Positions 52,797 through 64,000 of a stretch of DNA of 64,000 nucleotides are shown one piece after another (position 1 is the stretch's first letter; every line of letters starts with the position of its first letter). Made by a program: the position numbers and the translations under genes. Origin of the DNA: Ylistrum balloti (Eukaryota); contig NW_026781896.1 of the NCBI RefSeq assembly GCF_031769215.1, forward strand, positions 1,736,001 to 1,800,000. The letters are read 5' to 3'. The notes under the pieces were generated by a model. The model was given only the letters and a program-made list of their open reading frames with translations. It was not told where the DNA came from and made no database searches.

Positions 52797-53475
52797 TGTT
52801 TGGGTAAAATAGTACTGGATCTACATGTAATAAGTTTGGGTAAAATAAGTACTGGAGCTACATGTAATAAGTTTGGGTAAAATAAGTACTGGAGCTACAT
52901 GTAATAAGTTTGGGTAAAATAAGTACTGGAGCTACATGTAATAAGTTTGGGTAAAATAAGTACTGGAGCTACATGTAATAAGTTTGGGTAAAATAAGTAC
53001 TGGATCTACATGTAATAAGTTTGGGTAAAATAAGTACTGGAGCTACATGTAATAAGTTTGGGTAAAATAAGTACTGGAGCTACATGTAATAAGTTTGGGT
53101 AAAATAAGTACTGGATCTACATGTATTAAGTTTGGGTAAAATAAGTACTGGATCTACATGTAATAAGTTTGGGTAAAATAAGTACTGGAGCTACATGTAA
53201 TAAGTTTGGGTAAATAAGTACTGGATCTACATGTAATAAGTTTAGGTAAATAAGTACTGGATCTACATGTAATAAGTTTGGGTAAGATAAGTAATGGATC
53301 TACATGTAATAAGTTTAGGTAAATAAGTACTGGATCTACATGTAATAAGTTTGGGTAAGATAAGTACTGGATCTACATGTATTAAGTTTGGGTAAAATAA
53401 GTACTGGAGCTACATGTAATAAGTTTGGGTAAAATAAGTACTGGAGCTACATGTAATAAGTTTGGGTAAGATAAG
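52797..53475. repeat. 37-bp minisatellite x~18 (TACATGTAATAAGTTTGGGTAAAATAAGTACTGGAKC)
   Basis: Directly visible; unrelated in sequence to the 52169 array. Confidence 0.97.
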
Positions 53476-53536
53476 TGATGATTTGAACAAACTTGGGTAT
53501 ATATGTTTGAGGTAAACTATACTGTATATCATGGAA

Positions 53537-55146
53537 AGAACAGCTCTGTGGAGAAGGGATATGAAAGTTACACATGTAATTTTAAGAGAACAGCTCTGTT
53601 GGGAAGGGATATAAAAGTTACACATGTAATTTTAAGAGAACAGCTCTGTTGGGAAGTGATATAAAAGTTACACATGTAATTTTAAGAGAACAGCTCTGTT
53701 GGGAAGTGATATAAAAGTTACACATGTAATTTTAAGAGAACAGCTCTGTTGAGAAGGGATATAAAAGTTACACATGTAATTTTAAGAGAACAGCTCTGTT
53801 GGGAAGGGATATAAAAGTTACACATGTAATTTTAAGAGAACAGCTCTGTTGGGAAGTGATATAAAAGTTACACATGTAATTTTAAGAGAACAGCTCTGTT
53901 GGGAAGTGATATAAAAGTTACACATGTAATTTTAAGAGAACAGCTCTGTTGGGAAGTGATATAAAAGTTACACATGTAATTTTAAGAGAACAGCTCTGTT
54001 GGGAAGGGATATAAAAGTTACACATGTAATTTTAAGAGAACAGCTCTGTTGAGAAGTGATATAAAAGTTACACATGTAATTTTAAGAGAACAGCTCTGTT
54101 GGGAAGTGATATAAAAGTTACACATGTAATTTTAAGAGAACAGCTCTGTTGGGAAGTGATATAAAAAGAGAACAGCTCTGTTGGGAAGTGATATAAAAGT
54201 TACACATGTAATTTTAAGAGAACAGCTCTGTTGGGAAGTGATATAAAAGTTACACATGTAATTTTAAGAGAACAGCTCTGTTGGGAAGTGATATAAAAGT
54301 TACACATGTAATTTTAAGAGAACAGCTCTGTTGGGAAGTGATATAAAAGTTACACATGTAATTTTAAGAGAACAGCTCTGTTGGGAAGTGATATAAAAGT
54401 TACACATGTAATTTTAAGAGAACAGCTCTGTTGGGAAGTGATATAAAAGTTACACATGTAATTTTAAGAGAACAGCTCTGTTGGGAAGTGATATAAAAGT
54501 TACACATGTAATTTTAAGAGAACAGCTCTGTTGGGAAGTGATATAAAAGTTACACATGTAATTTTAAGAGAACAGCTCTGTTGGGAAGTGATATAAAAGT
54601 TACACATGTAATTTTAAGAGAACAGCTCTGTTGGGAAGAGATATAAAAGTTACACATGTAATTTTAAGAGAACAGCTCTGTTGGGAAGAGATATAAAAGT
54701 TACACATGTAATTTTAAGAGAACAGCTCTGTTGGGAAGTGATATAAAAGTTACACATGTAATTTTAAGAGAACAGCTCTGTTGGGAAGTGATATAAAAGT
54801 TACACATGTAATTTTAAGAGAACAGCTCTGTTGGGAAGTGATATAAAAGTTACACATGTAATTTTAAGAGAACAGCTCTGTTGGGAAGTGATATAAAAGT
54901 TACACATGTAATTTTAAGAGAACAGCTCTGTTGGGAAGTGATATAAAAGTTACACATGTAATTTTAAGAGAACAGCTCTGTTGGGAAGTGATATAAAAGT
55001 TACACATGTAATTTTAAGAGAACAGCTCTGTTGGGAAGTGATATAAAAGTTACACATGTAATTTTAAGAGAACAGCTCTGTTGGGAAGAGATATAAAAGT
55101 TACACATGTAATTTTAAGAGAACAGCTCTGTTGGGAAGTGATATAT
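53537..55146. repeat. 50-bp minisatellite x~32 (GAGAACAGCTCTGTTGGGAAGTGATATAAAAGTTACACATGTAATTTTAA)
   Basis: Nearly invariant copies, with one internally deleted copy near 54160. Confidence 0.98.
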
Positions 55147-57539
55147 ATATGATTGGTACATGTGTAATTTGCATCACCATTTCTTACCTTGGAGAAATTC
55201 TTATTGTGTTAAACTGAAGCTATGTAATCTAATGATAATCCTATTGGGTACAATGACACATCCATTAATGCTAAAACTCAGAGTCAGAAGACAAATGTGT
55301 GCAATCATCATTCGGCAGTATTTTTTACATTTGTTTCCGTTACTTACAATTGGCTGGAGACAATCCATACAAATACTTAACAAATACTACCGTCTTATTG
55401 GAAACTCTTTATGAAGTATGCTCACTTAACAAAATATTAAGTGTGCAGCAGAGATATTCTGTATCGTATCATTTAACACCTATCACAATATCATGTGACA
55501 ATCGCATTACATTTACAAAGATCAGGAGAATCTCCAGCGGATGGCTACAGTTCCTCACTGTAATTGTTATTTATGGTCCTTCGCCGCACTTAAACACTGG
55601 CAGACTATATAATTTGATTTTGACATGACTTTATAGAAAATGATTCTCACAGAATTAACTTTGTCGTTTATTGTGTAAATGTGACTATCCTGACACTGTT
55701 AATAATGGTGAGCTGACATATGGACCGTGTTGGTCCGTTAGGTACAACATCTATAAGACTAATTAATCTCACGCGACTTTCATAGTATTGACTTTTTTCA
55801 CAGTATCGACTGAATGAAGCCCACTGTTGGAGCATGCAGTCAGATTTCGGGAGCAAATTACAGTCGGGATCAATAAGTAATTAGGGAGTTGAAAGACAGC
55901 AGGGACTTTCTGGCAGTTCAGCACTCAACCTGAAGCCATAATGTATAAATGTTGTGTTTTATGCTACATTTGAAGAAAACTTAAGGTCACTTGGTACTGC
56001 TAAATGGAAACAAAATACGCTGTTGTGAAATTTCTTTGTAGAACACATGTGGATCAGTTTTGGCTCATTATGCAGTTTCTGCTGGGGGATAAAAATCTGA
56101 AAGTTTGTAATGTGAAGTTAAAATACGTCATTGTAACCTCTCCTTACTAACATATCTTACAATGTATTCTGTATACACCAAATATTGAAACAGATAAAAA
56201 GAAATTATTCAAGTGCAAATAGTGCAAAGAATTTCAAACAAAATATCAGCTCCTTCTGATCAAAAACACTAACTCCTACATCAACCAAAAAAACTTCACC
56301 GTTTCTACCAACCCCCTCAAGTATAAGTTTACTGTAATACCAGGTACTTCAGAACAGACTTAGGACATGAAAGAACATTGTAAATGTTGTGTAAAATACT
56401 ACAGACACCTCAGAACTATGTTATTTTTGTGATAATAAGAGAACTGGCTACATAACAACTTGACTACCAAATAACTTTCCTGAAAACACTCTCCTGTAGT
56501 GTTATTATTCTGTAAATTAATTTTATTACCCTGTTGTCAAGGCTGACATTTTACTGTTACCAATGTGATCCCAGATCTAAAGATAATTAATTATAGGTCC
56601 GATTTCAACCTCATTATCCAGAGTAATGAAATACATAAAAACATAAATACTGGCATTTAGCAGTTGTGTTTCCAATGCCAGTACATTCAGAGCTCTAGTA
56701 CTGGTTAATGAGTTATTGGATCGGAGTGTGGATAAGGGGAGGTAACTCAGACCAATACCTCCCATACCACAATAACAGCTGGGTTTATTTACATAGAGGA
56801 AGGGCAGATGGTGTGGCGAACAGCTATCTCATTGTGCTTGTCTGCACGTGCTGCAAGTGGTGACTGTGCATCTAGCAGGCATTTGTTTGTAAAAAAAAAA
56901 GCATTGATTAGGACAACATCGCTGATAACTATCTATAATTGAAAGGCAAACAAGAATTAGAAACAATGACAATACCTTTTTATCACTCAGCTGTTTTTCT
57001 AATCAACTGGAAATATATTTGAAATAATCTACAACTACTATGTCATTCAAGATACTTGTTCAAAAAAGAAACACAACATCACTGGTGATTATTGTTTGAA
57101 GTGTATACATTTTGGATGAATAGTACATTAGGAAATAATACTGATGATTTATCAAAATCCTATTGTGCTTGAACAACAATTTAAACCTAGTGATTGCACT
57201 AGCAAATCAATGATTGACCTAGCCACTATTATACAACTGTTGATACAGTAAGACTTCCTGCCATAGACTCTGATGATACAATAACTGATGGTCTGATATA
57301 ACAACGCAATAAAATATCAATCTCCTACAATAATTCTTTTTTTTAATTCACACACAAACTGACCATCTCATTTCAGTTGGTCCGATAAAGATGAAACGAT
57401 CATGATATGTATCATATTTGACAACTTATTCTTAATAACGAAAACTGGAAACAGTTTGTTTGGTGTCTTGTGATTATATAAGTTGATTCTTTTTTTCATA
57501 AAGTAAATACGGTATAATATTTTGTCCTGGAAATTGAAA

Positions 57540-57720
57540 ATGTTATTCATGTCGTCTTCCAAACTAGAAACATTGTGTATGTTGTCTTGGAAACTCTCAA
57601 CGTTTATTAAGTTATCTTGGAAACTGGAAACATTGGTCATGTTGTCTTGGAAATTCGAAACACTTTTTTTTATATTGTCTTAGAAACTGAAATTCTGTTT
57701 TCTGTAGTCTTGGAAACAAG
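57540..57720. repeat. Degenerate ~30-bp repeat (GTTGTCTTGGAAACTRGAAACATT...)
   Basis: About 6 divergent copies of TCTTGGAAAC-like cores. Confidence 0.7.
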
Positions 57721-59537
57721 TAAGAAATTCTTATCTTTTCTGTATCAAATAAATTCCTTTACTATGAAAGGAGATGAATTGGTTGTAAGTGTGTAGTTTA
57801 TCTTCGACCCCAGTCAAACCAAAAGCTCTTCAATTACCTATTTGAATTTCTCTTGGGTTGAAATAAATATATATAATTATTTTCATCTTGTTTCTCCTGA
57901 AACATAATGCTACATGTTGCCCGGTAAATTAGATAAGACAAAGAACCCCTTATGTTATTACCAGGGTATGCTTCCTAGGAAATAGAAGGACAGTACACTG
58001 ATAGCCAAACACACATGGCCCCTTGAGTCCCTGCTCATCTATGATCCGACACAAAACAGAATTAATCACTGGTGCTTTTGTTCCAGAGTTAATATCACAA
58101 AAAAGGTCACATTGGTTTATTTGACAGTTTAACGGCACTGCCACTCTGACTATAACGGCACTGCCACTCTTGACTATAATGGCTCAGCCACTCTCAACGT
58201 AATTATTGATTTCAGAGCCTTTCATTGGTCACATTAACTTTTGAATCTTCCGACTATTGAAGTATTGCCTCAGGAAAACAGGTTTTGCTACACAAGAAAA
58301 ACAAAGATAATATCTTATGGACAATAAATACACGATTTCAACAACCAGTCATTACCAAATTAAAAAGAAATGATTTTTATTCTGTACATTGTAGTGATTA
58401 GATATTGAAGTAATTCAGTTTGATTTCAAGAATATATTTAACAAATTAACAGGGCAAATTCGGATCATCCCCAGAAAGTCAATTTAGACAACAGTATCCA
58501 CTGCATTCACGTAAAACATCAAATTTTTATTACTTCATTTTTCAAATTGGAAACCACTTAACTACAAGAACCAGTTATCATAAACAATTTTTAAACTGTT
58601 TTCATATCTTGACATATCTCACAAATTGAAATCTAAGAATTGGTAGCTTCTAGCACCATAAAAGCTGAAAAATTTGTGTCAAGAATAAAAAAAAAAAAAA
58701 AGAAAAAAAGAAAGCTATTTATAACAAACGTATGGACTCTGATAATTCACTTTTCTATTGAGTTCGAAACTAATTTAAAACTCTTTTCCTTCTGGTTTTC
58801 TTCCACCATATCTTAGATAATGACAATAGATTATTTCATACCAATGTAAAAGAGATAAATATATCCAAGAAAACATAAACCAATATTTTATTGACTAATA
58901 GTATCTTAATCTTTTTTTCTTTTTTTAAAAATTCAAATTCTTGGATCACCATGTAATGATGTACTTTTGATTGTGTTTTTCCTTCAGGAAGATCAAAATA
59001 CATTTGATAAATGAGCAATCAAAACAACAGTGTATGCCTAATAATGGCCGACACAAGTCAGGGAGAGTAATTCATGATTACAATGTGAGGACAATTATTT
59101 AGAGAACGGCCGTATTTCACAATTTTTTTTATGTGACTATCAAATTTTACTGCAATCAAACATCTTTGCATGACCAGTTTCATCCCTGAGGCTACACCAG
59201 TGTCTGCTATCTCCCCAATTGATTCTCTGACAAAAAACTTCCATGAATTATTAATAACACCCGAATTAAAACTGGAACTTTGCGGATGTTGTTGAGAAAA
59301 CTCTTACGGTAATTGGAAAATTAATTTGTCATATAGCCGAGGGCAGGCGGACTAATTCTGATGACGGACGCCTGCAATAAGGGAGCACTGCTACTCGATT
59401 GACAATAAATAGCCAAAGTGTCGTGCAACCTTTCAGAACAATACTCTGAGGGACAATGCTGAAGTGCTGTAGGATTGCTTATACACATACCCTGTGGTTG
59501 AGAAAGGATGTAGAGTCATAACCATAATGTCACCTAC

Positions 59538-60290
59538 AGTGACACAGTAACAATGTTATCTAAAGTGACACAGTAACAATGTTATCTAAAGAAACACAGT
59601 AACAATGTTATCTAAAGTGACACAGTAACAATGTTATCTAAAGTGACACAGTAACAATGTTATCTAAAGTGACACAGTAACAATGTTATCTAAAGTGACA
59701 CAGTAACAATGTTATCTAGTGACATAGTAACAATGTTATCTAAAGTAACACAATAACAATGTTATTTAAAGTAACACAGTAACAATGTTATCTAAAGTGA
59801 CACAGTAACAATGTAAAGTGATACAGTAACAATGTTATCTAAAGTGACACAGTAACAATGTTATCTAAAGTGACACAGTAACAATGTTGTCTAAAGTGAC
59901 ACAGTAACAATGTTGTCTAAAGTGACACAGTAACAATGTTGTCTAAAGTAACACAGTAACAACACAATAACAATGTTATAACAATGTGTCTAAAGTGACA
60001 CAGTAACAATGTTGTCTAAAGTAACACAGTAACAACACAATAACAATGTTATATAAAGTGACACAGTAACAACACAGTAACAATGTTGTCTAAAGTAACA
60101 CAGTAACAATGTTGTCTAAAGTGACACAGTAACAATGTTATCTAAAGTGACACAGTATCAATGTTGTCTAAAGTGACACAGTAACAATGTAAAGTGATAC
60201 AGTAACAATGTTGTCTAAAGTAACACAGTAACAACACAATAACAATGTTATCTAAAGTGACTCAGTAACAACACAGTAACAATGTTAGTT
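59538..60290. repeat. 26-bp minisatellite x~29 (AGTGACACAGTAACAATGTTRTCTAA)
   Basis: Directly visible, with internal ACAGTAACA sub-duplications. Confidence 0.97.
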
Positions 60291-63200
60291 TTTACCTCCA
60301 GTTATAAATGAGGTTTTTAATAATCAGCTATAAGGATTTACGACATATTTCAAAAGGCCGAAGTTTCTCTGTAATGGAGACTAAAATTACTGTAAAGGTC
60401 TTTTGTAAGTTAATTCTAGAATACACTGGTTGAGATTATCATATACGAAATCCTATATTATTGAAATGGTACATATCTCATATATGACTAGATAAAAGCT
60501 GCATATTTTTTTTTTAATTGAAGTGACTAATACCTTATTCAATTTCAATAATGGTGCATTTAATTTCTAAGTGCTGTACTGTTTAGCGTTGTCATGTATT
60601 GGATAACTAAGGTACAATATCAGTGTTATCAGTGGAGACAGAGACAAGATAAATGACAGAGAGGAGAAAGGGAGACAGATCAACTGCCGACTGTGGGAGC
60701 TAACACTGAACAGTCGACATCTCCCAAACAGCAAAACCGAGAGTGATTTGCACCGCCAGAGATCAATAACCTGATCTGTACAGCTAGACAATAAGGCTAT
60801 TAGCTCGCTTTTAATAAGTCATAATTAATAGTCGATTGTGTCGTGGCAAGGTCAATAAAATTACACAGGAGTATGATAAAGACATGATACTGGATATTAA
60901 ACTGACAGATCTTACCAACAATTTATGTACTTGAATATATGTAACACTGTATCATTCCATTAACCTTGGATTCTCCAACAATAAAACCTACTTCACACTG
61001 CAGCAACAATCATAACTTCTAACAAAAATAAACCCAATTTTTTTATTTTGTGAGAATGACATTTTGAGATAATGACAGTACTGTACTTATGTGAATGGAT
61101 ACCAAACAATCATATTATCAATATAATATCTTTCTGTCCTGATCATGTTATTATAATACAATGACAAACTGTCTACTATATCCACACAAACAGTTTATCT
61201 CCCTTAAAGCAAGATGCACACGAGACATTTTAATAAGTGTTTTTGTATTTATTGTGAGCGCCTCACCCAGCTGCTGAGATTAATAAACTACCGGGATACC
61301 TTCAATCAGACAACAAAGGTGCTAAAAACTTCAATTATCTTAATTACGTGGGCTACAAAATATGATATTTACTACTGTTATTGGGCAGCAAATGACATGC
61401 CCTGATCATACCGTCATAGCAATGAATATTGCAGGCAAGGCTATTCCTGCGGGGAAATGACAAAAGAGTTCAGTAGACGAATGGGCGCCCAGACATAATG
61501 TATCTCAGTATGAACTCTAACTGCTCAATCATGCATGTCCTATGACGATAAAATTCAAGCAAAACCAGATCTACAAACCACAAATTAAATATGTTTAAAA
61601 CGTTAAAAAACAGATATTTACTAAGTTGCCACAAAGATGCCAGACTAATACCACTCATTATACTGATAGATAATACAACATGATAAGACATGATAAATAT
61701 GATTTATCAGCTACAGAAAATATCCACATGAACGTCATTTGTTAAATTTTCTATTTTACCCTAAATATTTTATACGGGTCATGTCTATAACCATTACATG
61801 GGTTTAGGATACAAGGTGGTATACAAAGGCTTCCTAAAAGTTAAGATTGAAAATTAACACTTTACATCTGAAACGTGATATCCAGGATTAAAAATAAATT
61901 GGAGATTTAAAAAAAAAATTGTTTTTTTCTGTTTTTAGATTAAGAACACTATCGATTATCTATTAATGTTGAATCTCATTGTTCTTCATTACAGTGATTT
62001 GGTAATTCTACCAATCAAATGTAAAAGATGAGAAAAATGTGACAGTGTGTATCTGTTACGGTTAAACACAGCGATGATGACCAGTATAGAGAAATGTCAG
62101 AGTAGATAGACACTTCATTTGGCGATGCATCTTTACAGATTATGGGTCGGATCAATATTTACGGCATGCAGACTCCGAAAAGTGATGATATGTGTTTCAG
62201 CCACACTGTGGAAATGGCAGTCGCTGGAGTTGGAGCAATTTCAGAGACTTTCTCGTCAGTGTAGATCTAGCGACAACAATTGGCCTGGGCGGCTCGCCCA
62301 TATCTTTCATTGATCGTTAGAACAGCCTAGCATTACCTCCATCCCGACTAGGTACCATGTACTGTGGCTTAATACTTCACATAAACTACTTCATGAAATA
62401 TTTATGAAGTACCATGGGGGCTTGTGCCTTCCAAGAAAATAACAAGCTATGTAAAATGTGTATGATTTTTCAAGACAAAAAAAAAAAATTATGAATAAAT
62501 GATCTGATCAGGCAGACTGATAGCTTTGCGTGAAATTTGTCGTCATATCATGAACAAAACTAGGTAAACTTTCAAACATTGTGACTCTTTTCCGTTTCTA
62601 GATTGCATATTTATTACAACATAAATGTAGAGTTACAAAGTCATAAAATCCCTTAATAGCTTTCAAACCCAGCATTTTATCATTTCTAGATACGAGATAC
62701 ACAGTTCTCCATGGAGCTAAATGTCACACTTCTAAAAATGGGCACAAAGTTATAGTCTACAGGACAGTTGGAGGGTTATCAGATTTTGTATGCAGCTCAT
62801 TTTTATCATTCATGTACAGTTTGAAATACCAGTTAACAATGACATTGAAATGAGTCAAAAGTTCAAGTGCGGTTACCCAAAACAATAAGTATGTAGTTAT
62901 TAAATATTTGGTAAATCCATACTCTGATTATAAAGTTGTAAAAAGTAGACGAGAAGAAAAAGAAATCCTTAGCTAATAAAAGAAAAAAACATCTGTATTT
63001 ATCAAATATAAAAAACAAAAACTACAAATGTGATGAAATATTAAACCAGATGGCATATATATTACATTCAAAGTGGTATACAGTCTGAGTTCAATGTAGC
63101 AAATCAAATCGTCTGTAAATAATTCACTGTCACAGAATAATACACTAAGTTGAACGCCTTGCATCTAATGTAATTTATATATATATATATATATATCTAT

Positions 63201-64000
63201 AGGATCTTACATCAAGATTTCTTTTGATATGCAAACTAAGAAGATTTTATTAAGCGAACCTTTGACGAGCTAAAAAAAAAAAAATTATGACTGGTTTCAC
63301 AAATCACATATGAAAAGAAACAAATTGATAAGATCATTTTTAATCACATGATCACTTTTATCAAGCACGATAGAAAACGAGCATTTCTATGTCAAACTTG
63401 AATGATTCATTGTCTCCATTGTTACAATGTTGTTATATTATAAAAATTGAGGTCATGATATTACATACATTTGTATGTGTGATATGGAAAAAATATGACA
63501 TGGGTTTATTCACTGTGTGATAAAGCCTGTTATAGAACTTAATGTCTTGACTTTGCAAGACATAACCATTGATACAGGTGTGTGATAGATATCGCTATCA
63601 TTGCTGTCTAGTCTACATTTCTCTCTAACTCGGTTACAATGATGCCAAACAAAGATGACAATTAGGTAAGACTGAGAGCCTGATTTTGTCTCAATGTCTA
63701 CTTACATGACCCAGACTATCTACAAGGTCGTCGCAGTCAATCATTGCTCTGACTCATAAGAACAAAGCTATACAGTAATTATGTCTATATAGCAGAGATA
63801 CAAGGGAGATTTCTAGCAAAGTCTGCTCTCACTTTCTGTTGTATTTATCTATAGGAACAATTTTCAAATTAGCAATAAATATTGCCTTAATGTGATAATT
63901 TTATGATGCCTTTCTGATACAGCATTGGTCTATCTGTTTCCCAGACCTCTGTCATGTAGACACATTAACACACTGATGTTGTGGCGAATGTGTTGGTATC

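Overview
AT-rich eukaryotic (invertebrate) genomic DNA. A bivalve mollusc is likely, inferred only from SINE/MITE motifs and minisatellite style. None of the supplied ORFs is a convincing single-exon gene; the long ones are translations of tandem repeats. Reading splice signals by hand gives the last two coding exons of a minus-strand MyTH4-FERM gene of the PLEKHH1/PLEKHH2 (MAX-1) family, at 39130-38978 and 33459-33376. I could not find its next upstream exon in the remaining ~25 kb. About a third of 33.5-64 kb consists of ~10 unrelated minisatellite arrays (17-50 bp units), and one contains a 330-N assembly gap. The left ~23 kb is CpG-richer and holds promoter-like motif clusters, a V-domain tRNA-SINE, more minisatellites, a polypurine tract and decayed coding-like DNA. 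There is no CRISPR array, tRNA/rRNA gene or intact transposase, and I cannot support a claim of a novel biological system. The findings are modest structural observations.
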